From Gammaproteobacteria bacterium (lineage in GTDB: Bacteria; Pseudomonadota; Gammaproteobacteria; Steroidobacterales; Woeseiaceae): a stretch of DNA of 64,000 nucleotides. This document shows positions 19,315-28,289 of this stretch, piece by piece; the first letter of the stretch is position 1, and every line of letters starts with the position of its first letter. The stretch covers positions 13,904 through 77,903 of the forward strand of contig JAOTVR010000001.1 of NCBI GenBank assembly GCA_029863305.1. Reading direction: 5' to 3'. Both the position numbers and the translations under genes were made by a program. A model generated the notes under the pieces. The model worked only from the letters and a program-made list of their open reading frames with translations, was not told where the DNA came from and made no database searches.

Positions 19315-20271
19315 CTACCTTTTCAATGCTGCACACTGAGCCATTGCGGCAATCTGGTCCGGGCCGATGCGGCAACACCCGCCAACGAGATTTGCGCCCG
19401 CCTCGATCCACTCCTGTGCCGACTGCTTGCACTGTAACGCTGTCGCAGTGCCGGACCAGGAGTTGTCATCGGCATGGTAGGTCTCACCCGAGTTCGGGTA
19501 CACGACGATCGATTTTTCGGGCGCGGCCGACTTGAGAATCCCGATAATCGGCAGGACAAAACGCGGCGCCGTACAATTAACGCCGACGGCGATCACCGTG
19601 GGGTGATCCCGGAACAACCCTGCCGCATCGGCGATCAGCGTCCCGTCACTGATGCGTTGCTCGTCACAACAGCAGAAACTCACCCAGCATCGTTTCTGTG
19701 TTTTGCTCAGCAACTCGCAGAGCACGAGCGCTTCGTCAGCCGACGGTATCGTTTCGCAGGCCAGCAGGTCCGCCTCGCTCTGGTCGAGCAGCTCGATGCG
19801 CTCACGGTGAAAGTCACGCAGTTCGTCGGCGGAGATATCATAGCGGCCCGTGTACTCCGAACCGTCGTGGAGTACGGCACCGTACGGCCCGATACTTGCT
19901 GCGATAAGCGGAACGTGATCAGTATCGGGGTTATCCAGCAAGAATTCTTCACGAGCCTGCGCCGCGAGCGCGACCGAACTCAGGATGAGGGCATCGGCAT
20001 CGGCAATAGACAGGCCCGCAGCCACAAAACCTGTCCTGCTGGCCTGATAGCTGGCCGTAACAATGATCTCTGCGCCGGCATCCAGGTACGCGCGACTGGC
20101 ATCGACAATTGCACGTGGATTTGATGTCAATAATCCGGCAGACCAGAGCTCATCGTCGATACTACAGCCCATGGCCTCGCACTGTGTCGCGAGTCCGCCA
20201 TCGAGCAATATCGGCCGGCCGGTAGCCAGTAGTGCTGCGAGATCCGGAGCGTTTGTGTCACTATGTTTCAT
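19315..20271 (-). CDS. mmuM: Homocysteine S-methyltransferase
   Basis: ILLDGGLATQ, TASYQAS and the zinc-ligand cysteines in GVNCTAP and GGCCRIGP. Confidence 0.8.
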   Translation of the reverse strand: MKHSDTNAPDLAALLATGRPILLDGGLATQCEAMGCSIDDELWSAGLLTSNPRAIVDASRAYLDAGAEIIVTASYQASRTGFVAAGLSIADADALILSSVALAAQAREEFLLDNPDTDHVPLIAASIGPYGAVLHDGSEYTGRYDISADELRDFHRERIELLDQSEADLLACETIPSADEALVLCELLSKTQKRCWVSFCCCDEQRISDGTLIADAAGLFRDHPTVIAVGVNCTAPRFVLPIIGILKSAAPEKSIVVYPNSGETYHADDNSWSGTATALQCKQSAQEWIEAGANLVGGCCRIGPDQIAAMAQCAALKR

Positions 20272-21618
20272 ATGAAGTTCTCGCTAATTCCGCGCGGTTT
20301 CCCCTTGCTGTGCATCCTGATCGGCTGCGACGGCACACCGCCGCCGCTCGCGGTCACCGAAGCACCATTTGCTCCCGACAGTGGCAGCATTGCGATTCGC
20401 TGCGGCAATCTGATCGACGGGCTGAGCGACGAGGTTCGCGCCATGCAACTCGTCATCATTCGCAATGGTCGATTCGAACGCATCGGCGATGGCGACGCAA
20501 GTGCAGCCGGCGATATCTCGTATCTGGATCTGAGCAAGCATACGTGCCTGCCCGGGTTGCTCAACACGCACGTTCATCTTGCCGAACTTCCTGAAGACGC
20601 GAATGACCTCACGGTCTACTACCGCCGTACAACCGACGACCACCACGATCTCAGCTTGCGCACGGCCAGGGCGACATTGCTGACCGGATTCACAACGGTG
20701 CGCAACGTTGGCGACTACTTCCCTCTCGCTGTCTATTCTGCACGTGATCGCATAGATGCGGGTGAGGCGATCGGGCCGAGGATCCAGACAGCCGGACCCT
20801 TTCTGACCATCCCGGCCGGCGGTGGCGACCTGGTGATCCCCGGTCATGACGAGAGTGAGATTCCTGCTGCTGCCCGCACCGGCGTCGCACGTGGCCCCGA
20901 GGATTTCCGTGAGAAAGCCAGGCGCGCTGTCGACGGCGGCGCTGATTTCCTGAAAGTCATCGCGTCCGGCGCCGTGTTCGCGTTCGGCGGCATTCCTGGA
21001 GCACCGGAGATGACGCAAGCGGAAATCGCGGCCGTCGTCCAGGTCGCAGACGAAGCCGGCATCAAGGTGACAGCACATGTGCACGGTGCGCAATCGGGCA
21101 AAGAGGCTATTCTCGCCGGTGTCGATTCACTCGAACATGCGTCGCTGCTCGACGACGAGGCGATCGCATTGGCCGCCGAGCACAAAGTCGCTTTATCGAT
21201 GGATGTCTACAACGGAACGTATACCGAAGACGTCGGACATGATCAGGGTTATCCCGATGAGTTCATGCGCAAGAACTTCGAGACAACCGAGGCACAACGA
21301 CTCGTATTTGAGAAAGCCTATGTGCTCGGCGTTCCGATTCTCTACGGAACCGACGGCGGTGTATTACCCCACGATATGGGTGGATGGCAGTTTGCCATCA
21401 TGGCCGAACGCGGCATGGCGCCCATGGATGCGATCAAATCTGCCTCCTCTCTGGCTGCCCGACATATGGCTATGTCAGCCGATGTGGGCGCCGTTGAAGT
21501 CGGACGATATGGCGACTTGATTGCCGTGCGCGGCAACCCGCTCGAAGATTTGACCCTGTTGAGAACCGTCGATGTCGTCGTCAAAGGCGGCCTGGTATTC
21601 AAGCTGCCCACCGACTGA
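20263..21618 (+). CDS. Amidohydrolase-family metallohydrolase, probable lipoprotein
   Basis: LLCILIGC lipobox. Motifs LLNTHVHL (HxH), VTAHVHG, EHASLLDD and LYGTDGG. An alternative ATG at 20272 would sit back-to-back with the mmuM start codon. Confidence 0.8.
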   Translation: MFHMKFSLIPRGFPLLCILIGCDGTPPPLAVTEAPFAPDSGSIAIRCGNLIDGLSDEVRAMQLVIIRNGRFERIGDGDASAAGDISYLDLSKHTCLPGLLNTHVHLAELPEDANDLTVYYRRTTDDHHDLSLRTARATLLTGFTTVRNVGDYFPLAVYSARDRIDAGEAIGPRIQTAGPFLTIPAGGGDLVIPGHDESEIPAAARTGVARGPEDFREKARRAVDGGADFLKVIASGAVFAFGGIPGAPEMTQAEIAAVVQVADEAGIKVTAHVHGAQSGKEAILAGVDSLEHASLLDDEAIALAAEHKVALSMDVYNGTYTEDVGHDQGYPDEFMRKNFETTEAQRLVFEKAYVLGVPILYGTDGGVLPHDMGGWQFAIMAERGMAPMDAIKSASSLAARHMAMSADVGAVEVGRYGDLIAVRGNPLEDLTLLRTVDVVVKGGLVFKLPTD

Positions 21619-21624
21619 TCTTCG

Positions 21625-22899
21625 ATGGTCTCGGAGCCACACATCGACTCATACTATGTGGCAAGCGCCAATTCGCGAACCGACTACGCGCCATTGCGCG
21701 GTGCGAAAAGAGCGAATGTCTGTGTCATAGGCGCAGGATTCACGGGCATCGCAACAGCCTTGAATCTGGCTGAACGCGGCTACGACGTACATGTGGTTGA
21801 AGCGAACAAGATCGGTTGGGGCGCCTCAGGACGCAATGGCGGCCAGATGGTCGCCGGCATAGCCGGCGAGGCGAGGATCGAGAAGACACTGGGCGCTGGC
21901 GGCGCCGACATGCTCTGGGAAATGCGCTGGGCGGGCCATGACATCATCCGGCAGCGTATCGAGCAGTACGGCATCGACTGCGATCTGAAGCATGGCTATG
22001 CCGACGTGGCCATCAAAGCACGCGACGTTCGCAAACTGCAAAAAGAACTGGAGCGCCTCGAGCAACGCAATTTTCCGCACGAATATCGGCTACTGCACAG
22101 GGAAGAGACCTGCGCGACCATCGGCAGTGATGCCTACATCGCGGCTCTCGTGAATATGGGTGATGGCCATTTGCACCCGTTGAACCTGTGCATCGGTGAG
22201 GCGAACGCCGCAGTGGCGAATGGCGCCACGATTCACGAAGACTCACCCGTGCTGCGCATCGATCACGGCTCTCGCCCGACTGTGATCACGGGCCACGGAT
22301 CAGTCTCGGCTGACATCGTCGTTCTCGCCGGTAACGCCTATCACCGAATCGCGCGCAAGCTTCGTCGGGTCATGTTGCCGGTCAACAGCTACATCATCGC
22401 AACGCAACCACTGTCTGACGAACAGCTCGCGAGCGTGAACCCGCTTGACCTTGCCATCTCCGACCTCAAATTCGTCATCGAATACTACCGGCTTAGCGCG
22501 GACAAACGGCTCCTGTTCGGCGGCCGTTGTAATTACTCCGGTGATGACCCGGCCGTTATCGAAACGGGACTCCGGCCGCGCATGCTCAAGGTCTACCCGC
22601 AACTCGCAGACGTCGAAATCGACTATGCGTGGGGCGGTCGGATCGGCGTGCCTTTGCATCGTGTGCCACAAATCGGCCGGCTTGCGCCAAACGTATTCTA
22701 TTCGCAGGGCTATACGGGACACGGCATCAACGTCACGCACATAGCCGGGCAGATCCTGGCCGACGCGATAGGCGGGACGTTCGAGCGCTTTGATGTATTT
22801 GCCGGCATCAAGCCGGTCCTGCTACCCGGGGCTCATTCGTTTAGCAAGCCGCTGGCCGCACTCGCCATTCTCTACTATCAGATTCGCGACAGGCTGTAA
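21625..22899 (+). CDS. FAD-dependent oxidoreductase, PuuB-like, paralogue 2
   Basis: HIDSYYVASAN, VCVIGAGFTGIATALNLAERGYDV, IGWGASGRNGGQ and C-terminal YYQIRDRL. It starts 6 nt after the amidohydrolase stop. Confidence 0.8.
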   Translation: MVSEPHIDSYYVASANSRTDYAPLRGAKRANVCVIGAGFTGIATALNLAERGYDVHVVEANKIGWGASGRNGGQMVAGIAGEARIEKTLGAGGADMLWEMRWAGHDIIRQRIEQYGIDCDLKHGYADVAIKARDVRKLQKELERLEQRNFPHEYRLLHREETCATIGSDAYIAALVNMGDGHLHPLNLCIGEANAAVANGATIHEDSPVLRIDHGSRPTVITGHGSVSADIVVLAGNAYHRIARKLRRVMLPVNSYIIATQPLSDEQLASVNPLDLAISDLKFVIEYYRLSADKRLLFGGRCNYSGDDPAVIETGLRPRMLKVYPQLADVEIDYAWGGRIGVPLHRVPQIGRLAPNVFYSQGYTGHGINVTHIAGQILADAIGGTFERFDVFAGIKPVLLPGAHSFSKPLAALAILYYQIRDRL

Positions 22900-22962
22900 C
22901 CGTGAAGACTGCACCCCGACCTTGATAGCACAGATGTATTACCTTGAATCAATACCGGGCAG

Positions 22963-24288
22963 TTAGCGTGCGTCGGGATAGAGTGACACGCCGACGCGGT
23001 TGTTGCGTGCGGCGATTTCGTTCCAGCTCGAAGCTGACACCCCCGCGGTCGTGGAAGGGTAATCCAGAAGCGGACTCGAATTTCCGAACGATATGATCTC
23101 GTAGCGGATTCTGCCACCGGTGCGTTCGTCAGCCAGATTGATAAAGTTTGCGAAGGCGACGGATTGCCGAAGCCCCAGTTCATAGGCCTCGTCCGGCTCG
23201 AAACCGATTCGATCACATTGAAACGCCGGCAGATCCGAGACTGCGAGGGCATACCCGTCCGGGCCGGAAAACGTCATGCAGAAGTTGCCAACATGCGATT
23301 CAATCCTGACCAGACCATGAAAATCGAGTGCGGCCAGGTGACCGGCCAGTTCGGAAATTAAAGAAAGCCGAAAGTCACCCATTGGAAGCTCATCGAAACC
23401 GTACGGCGAGGACTGGTTTGCTGCCCATTCGATAGAGTCCAGAGCAACAGCGTACGCAGCATCCAGTGCCTCTTGATAGTCATCCAGTTGTCGCTGATTT
23501 CGGAACGCATCCGCCCTTTCGAGGGCCTGCTGCTCGCCCAGCGAACGCTGCAGGCTGACGTTCTGTTGCTGGATTTCCTGCCAACGCTGTTCGCTGTGCC
23601 AGTACAACCATGCAAAAACCAGTGCGATAACGGCTAGTACGGTAACCATCACTTGTGCCGGGTTTGGTATATGGCTAATGGGCGCTGCCCGCCTTGTGCG
23701 GCCACCATCGGATTCAGGTGGAGCGATTTCATCGGCGACACGCGCTGCGATCGTCTTGTGACTGTCAAGCAGATCGCGACGTATCATTGCGCGTTGCTGA
23801 TCCAAAAGGTCCTGGATCAGAATCCTCAGGTTTCGATCGAACGTCTCGAGTCGGGGATCGCCGGCATCCGCGTCCGTTGGCTCGGAACCCTCGGCACGCA
23901 CACCTTGTTCTGTGCCCCCGTCGATAATGCGCAGGTTCTCGAGCACTTTTGAAACCTCAACGGGTTCGACCTTTTTCGGCAATACACCGACAGCGCCCAG
24001 TGCTCGCGCCTGACCCACATAGACTTTTCCCGCCTGCGCGGTGTACATCATTATCGGAATGGTTGCAGTCGCCGGGTTATTTTTTATCGCGGACACCGCC
24101 TCGAAACCGTCCATGCCGGGCATCATGTGATCCATGAAGATGATGTCGGGCCGCTTCTCGCTCAGGTAATTCAGAGCACCCTCTGCCGATTCCTCGGTAT
24201 CGACCTCGAGGTCGTGCGTCTCGAGCATTTTTTGCAGTACGACCCGCGCAGTCCTGGAGTCGTCGACGATTAGGGCCGTTTTACCCAA
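22963..24288 (-). CDS. Response-regulator receiver domain fused to a transmembrane segment, a coiled-coil and a degenerate OmpA/MotB-like C-terminal domain
   Basis: TTG start with GAGGA 7 nt upstream. REC motifs IVDDS, IIFMDHMMPGMDG, MYTA and LPKK. One TM helix (VMVTVLAVIALVFAWLYW). C-terminal ESHVGNF...ELGLRQSVAFANFI...FGNSSPL...ARNNRVGVSL resembles the OmpA-like layout. Confidence 0.7.
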   Translation of the reverse strand: MGKTALIVDDSRTARVVLQKMLETHDLEVDTEESAEGALNYLSEKRPDIIFMDHMMPGMDGFEAVSAIKNNPATATIPIMMYTAQAGKVYVGQARALGAVGVLPKKVEPVEVSKVLENLRIIDGGTEQGVRAEGSEPTDADAGDPRLETFDRNLRILIQDLLDQQRAMIRRDLLDSHKTIAARVADEIAPPESDGGRTRRAAPISHIPNPAQVMVTVLAVIALVFAWLYWHSEQRWQEIQQQNVSLQRSLGEQQALERADAFRNQRQLDDYQEALDAAYAVALDSIEWAANQSSPYGFDELPMGDFRLSLISELAGHLAALDFHGLVRIESHVGNFCMTFSGPDGYALAVSDLPAFQCDRIGFEPDEAYELGLRQSVAFANFINLADERTGGRIRYEIISFGNSSPLLDYPSTTAGVSASSWNEIAARNNRVGVSLYPDAR

Positions 24289-24528
24289 CGATCAATCCTC
24301 GTTTGCCGCTATCCTGACAGGCAGTGAAACGAAGGCTCGATTAGTCTGCCGCGACTACCCGAGCCTGGAGCGCTTCCGCTGGGCCAATTATGGCACGGCT
24401 GGCTGCACAGTAGTCCTGCTGATTGAGTGAATCCCCGCTGCCCTGGACCTGGGAAGCATCAGACAGACCGGGCTAAGTCCCGCTGCATGCGATCCAGGAT
24501 CCTCAACAGGAAACGCAGGAATACTGGA

Positions 24529-25548
24529 TCAACTGCTGCTTGTTGCGCCAAATCGACTTCGTCGATATTCGATGGGCGAGCATCCCTCGCACTTGCGGAA
24601 GGCGCGCCGGAAATTGGCGGCGTCCTTGTAGCCCAGCTCCTCCGCGATCGATTCGACGCTGTAGTTCGTGTCACGCAGATACAGCCTTGCACGACTGACC
24701 AGGGCCAGTGATTTGAGTTGGCGAAAACTGGTGTCCTCTGCCTGCAGGCGGCGGTTGAGCGTGCGTTGGGAAATGTGGAGAGCGAACGCGACCTCACCGA
24801 GTTCTGGTAGCGGCGGCTGACTGCTGCGAAGTAGCGCAGCAATATGCTGTGTGTAGGATTTTCCTGCGCCTACGCTCTGCTCCTTCAGGCTTTGGGCAAG
24901 GCTCATCTGGGCCTGACGCCAGAGCTCTGCATGATAATAAGGGGAGTACCGATCCAGAAGGCGGAGGGGAATGTCCACTTCGTTGTCACCTGCGTCGAAG
25001 CTGATATGCCCATGAAACGCCTGTGTGAAAATTTCGGTGTTCCCGGGCTGCGGAATGGCCAGGCGATATCGGGCGTCGACGACTGGCTCCCCCGCCAAAG
25101 TTTCCATGTATTGCTGCAGCAACATCATTGCGGTTTCGGTGTGAAATCGCTCCACGTGGCCAGTGTCGTGCCCATACAGTATCGTCACGGTCAGTCCCCG
25201 CGTCGTCGAACGCGAGCTGATATCGATATACGTGGCGTGCAGACGGCTGAAACTCTCCAGTAGTTGCAGGCCCTCTCGCAAGCTTGGCGCCATGGCCAGC
25301 CCTGCGCCCACCGGCCCCATGGCGAAGACGTGCATGCTTCGACCCAGCAGCAAACCGAGCTGGTCATCGCCCAGCAATCGGTCTCCCGTGTGCAAAATGT
25401 GCAAAAAGTCCTCCAGGGAGATGTCACCGCCGCGCAATAGCTCGGTTTGGCTCAATGAGGTACCGGCAAACAATGGCGCGACGTCAATCTCGCGTCGTTC
25501 CAGTTCGCGCAGCAACAGGCGGGCGTACACCGGGCTGATCGTATCCAT
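24529..25548 (-). CDS. AraC-family transcriptional regulator
   Basis: C-terminal double HTH (HIAALLRSS..., SVESIAEELGYKDAANFRRAFRKCEGCSPIEYR). The N-terminal ligand-domain style MDTISPVYARLLLRELERR is typical of OruR/ArgR-like AraC regulators. Confidence 0.85.
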   Translation of the reverse strand: MDTISPVYARLLLRELERREIDVAPLFAGTSLSQTELLRGGDISLEDFLHILHTGDRLLGDDQLGLLLGRSMHVFAMGPVGAGLAMAPSLREGLQLLESFSRLHATYIDISSRSTTRGLTVTILYGHDTGHVERFHTETAMMLLQQYMETLAGEPVVDARYRLAIPQPGNTEIFTQAFHGHISFDAGDNEVDIPLRLLDRYSPYYHAELWRQAQMSLAQSLKEQSVGAGKSYTQHIAALLRSSQPPLPELGEVAFALHISQRTLNRRLQAEDTSFRQLKSLALVSRARLYLRDTNYSVESIAEELGYKDAANFRRAFRKCEGCSPIEYRRSRFGATSSS

Positions 25549-25667
25549 GAGGTCATTTTCTCCAGTTTGGCGAATTATGACACCCTTTTGGCGCGTTTTG
25601 CTCTCTTAAGGCCCGGTCCGTTCGCCCATAGTCATGCGATGACCAATTCAGTATCCCGAGTTGCGCA

Positions 25668-26570
25668 GTGACACGTGCCGATGCGCTCGATCAGCAAGCA
25701 GCTGCCATCGCCAGGCAATACATGGACATCGTGGCCTGGCCGACCATGGTCCTGGGGCTGGCGCTTGCATTGACATACATCGCCACGGTGACGATGGCGC
25801 TCACCGGTGTCCTTTCCTTGTGGCTGGCGGTCCCGATGGTGGCGATGCTCACCTACTCCGCTTATACGATTCTGCATGAGTCGGTCCATGGGTCGATCAG
25901 TGGTAATCGCCGCTCGCTGCGCTGGATCAACAAGGCGCTGGGGTATGCGGCAGCATGGATAGTCATGATTCCGCTGACGGCCCACCGGCACGAGCATACG
26001 GCGCATCACCGCCACACTAATAACGAGATCAGTGACCCGGATTTCCACGTCGGACAAATGCGCAAGTCTCTGCCGGCAATGGTGCGTGCAGTGGCGCGGG
26101 CGATTATCAGTCAGTTCGGCTACTACTCGAAGAATCGCTGGGCGAAGGCGCCTTCGAAGGAAAAATTGTATCTCTGCCTGGAGGCAGCCGCCGCATTGAT
26201 GCCCAGGCTGGCGGTAATGATTGCGGGTAACTGGGCGGTAGGCCTGGCGCTGTTCCTGCTGGGGTGGCTGATTGGCGCGATTGTCCTGCTCTATCTCTTT
26301 GCTTACGTCGTGCACCGACCCCACAAACAGGAGGGGCGCTATGTCGACACGTCAACGATCCTCCTCCCGCGACCACTGCGTACGCCACTCACATGGTTAT
26401 GGTTGTTTCAGAATTATCATTCCATCCATCACTTGTTTCCACGCGTGCCTTTCTACAAATACGCGACGCTCTATGGGGAAATCGAGGGCATCATGGTTGC
26501 CAAAGGCGCGCCGATCTATCGCACGACAATACGCGGTTTAGAGCCGTTGTCCCCGAGCCTCGCTAGCTAG
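25668..26570 (+). CDS. Fatty-acid-desaturase-family membrane di-iron enzyme
   Basis: GTG start. Three His boxes (HESVHG, HRHEHTAHHRH, HSIHHLFP) separated by hydrophobic spans. The gene is divergent from the AraC regulator. Confidence 0.8.
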   Translation: MTRADALDQQAAAIARQYMDIVAWPTMVLGLALALTYIATVTMALTGVLSLWLAVPMVAMLTYSAYTILHESVHGSISGNRRSLRWINKALGYAAAWIVMIPLTAHRHEHTAHHRHTNNEISDPDFHVGQMRKSLPAMVRAVARAIISQFGYYSKNRWAKAPSKEKLYLCLEAAAALMPRLAVMIAGNWAVGLALFLLGWLIGAIVLLYLFAYVVHRPHKQEGRYVDTSTILLPRPLRTPLTWLWLFQNYHSIHHLFPRVPFYKYATLYGEIEGIMVAKGAPIYRTTIRGLEPLSPSLAS

Positions 26571-26684
26571 TCCCGTTTATTGCGGGATCATCTTTTCGTC
26601 ATGACGTCAGTGTGCCAAGTGGGTCATTGTTTTGCCAGGGCCGAGCGCCTATAGTCACAGCCGCTAATACCCCTGGAGAACGAC

Positions 26685-26879
26685 TTGTCGAACCTGACGA
26701 TGGAAAAGATCGAGCAAGAATTGCGGTTAATGAACGTTAATATGGCCGAGGCGAACGACATCGCAATGCTGTCGGCGTTCGCGTCCATGCCCGCGGACCT
26801 TGATAATGACAGCAGAAAAGCGTTGCGCCGACTTCGTGACAAGATGATGACACGAGCAAGAACTCGCGCCGATCTCTAA
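26685..26879 (+). CDS. Small hypothetical protein (59-64 aa)
   Basis: ORF in a locally AT-richer patch. Start is TTG 26685 or the internal ATG (MEKIEQELRLMNVNMAEANDIAML...). No recognisable family, so coding status is uncertain. Confidence 0.3.
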   Translation: MSNLTMEKIEQELRLMNVNMAEANDIAMLSAFASMPADLDNDSRKALRRLRDKMMTRARTRADL

Positions 26880-26914
26880 AAAATCCTGTCACAAGCACTA
26901 TTAAGGGAGATGCG

Positions 26915-27334
26915 ATGGACGAGACGGCCGCTGTCCGTGTTCATTGGAGCTTCTGGTTGATCGGCGCAGTCGGGCTGATCTTCAATCTGATTGGCTGCAT
27001 GAACTACGTCTCACAAATGAATGCAGAGAACGTCGCCTCCATGCCTGACGTGTATCGCGCGATAGTTGAAAGCCGACCCGCATGGGGCACCGGGGCATTT
27101 GCCATAGCTGTTTTCGGCGGTTCGCTCGGATGCATACTGCTTCTGCTCAGAAAATCCGTTGCCGTCTATGTGTTCATCCTGGCGCTGGTTGCTGCCCTTG
27201 TAGCGCAGATTCCCTTTGTTGGAATGGCAGACTTTCCGGTCGCGGCATGGATCGGTTGGTTGAGCCAGCTGGCAGTCGGCGCGTTCCTGATCTGGTATTC
27301 GAAACAGACAGCAAGTAAGGGCTGGATCGACTAG
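26915..27334 (+). CDS. Small integral membrane protein (about 4 TM helices), function unknown
   Basis: Good SD (AAGGGAGA) 4 nt before the ATG. Four hydrophobic spans (WLIGAVGLIFNLIG, AFAIAVFGGSLGCILLLL, VYVFILALVAALVA, LSQLAVGAFLIW). Confidence 0.6.
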   Translation: MDETAAVRVHWSFWLIGAVGLIFNLIGCMNYVSQMNAENVASMPDVYRAIVESRPAWGTGAFAIAVFGGSLGCILLLLRKSVAVYVFILALVAALVAQIPFVGMADFPVAAWIGWLSQLAVGAFLIWYSKQTASKGWID

Positions 27335-27443
27335 AAACATTCGGCAGAGGCCAGGATGGCAGACTCTTTGGGCGGCCAGCGACTCGGAGCAGGCTGTTGC
27401 TGGGCACCCGGCACCGATACACGCGGGAAAGGACAATCGATGT

Positions 27444-28289
27444 CTAGTCTTCGGCTTCGAGCTCGGCCCAGATTTGACGCACCCAGTCGCGGATCTGCAA
27501 CGACTCACCCCAACGGTCGGATAACTCGCGCTGCTCACCATCGGTAATCGCATAGGGTGGGGGACCAAGCTCACAAAGAAAGACGAGGGTTGCATCCGCT
27601 GCGCTTCGCCGGCGCCACTCGCGCATGCCGTACCTCCACCAGCCGCGGAAGATGTCGACCCATTCACGATGCTGTGGGAAATCGATCGCCACCTGCACCT
27701 GCTCACGCGACGCGATGCGACCCTGAAAACAGTCTGACCGATCCAGGATCGAGGTGATGTACTGCTGGTCGCGTTCGGGTACAGGCGCGCGCAATTCACG
27801 ATCGACCACGAAGTGCGAGAGGTCTGCACAGAGGCGCATCTCCGGTACGAGATCCATCAACTGCAAGGTGAAATACATGTCGTTGAGAAGACCGTCACGG
27901 TGGGTTTCGAAGAGCAGCGGCATATTGGCCTGAGCGGCTTCTTTCATCCAGCGCTGCACCACGGGTACGGCATCCTGGGGCTTGATGGGCATCACGCCGC
28001 TGATGACGTTGACCATGCAGGCATCGAATTCGTTCGCAAAATCGAGCAGCGGCTGCATGTGATCCGCGTGATCGGGAAACGCGTTGATCATGCAGCGCAG
28101 ATCATGCTCGAGGTACAGATCATGCAGCGCACGCATCTCGGGAATTTCGGCCACCGACGGGTCAATGCACATACCTTCGAAGCCCGCGTCAGCCACCATC
28201 CGAAAACTTTCTTCCGGGCTGCGCTCCGGCACATGCGGGCTGCGCAATTCCATACCCCATAGCGACTGATAGACGTGTAGCTTCTGCAT
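27444..28289 (-). CDS. Sugar-phosphate isomerase/epimerase (xylose-isomerase-like TIM barrel)
   Basis: Start at MQKLHVYQSLWGME. The ATG shares 1 nt with the upstream stop (TGATG at 28287-28291). The body (GFEGMCID, MPLLFETHRDG, CADLSHFVV) fits the AP-endonuclease-2/TIM family. The ORF-track extension to 28496 is antisense-style junk. Confidence 0.7.
   Translation of the reverse strand: MQKLHVYQSLWGMELRSPHVPERSPEESFRMVADAGFEGMCIDPSVAEIPEMRALHDLYLEHDLRCMINAFPDHADHMQPLLDFANEFDACMVNVISGVMPIKPQDAVPVVQRWMKEAAQANMPLLFETHRDGLLNDMYFTLQLMDLVPEMRLCADLSHFVVDRELRAPVPERDQQYITSILDRSDCFQGRIASREQVQVAIDFPQHREWVDIFRGWWRYGMREWRRRSAADATLVFLCELGPPPYAITDGEQRELSDRWGESLQIRDWVRQIWAELEAED

Noticed and set aside
24391-24407. 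Sigma-54-like TGGCACGGCTGGCTGCA
   Set aside because: The GG-to-GC spacing is 11 nt, not 10. The element points along the + strand into the 3' end of the minus-strand AraC gene, with no downstream + gene.
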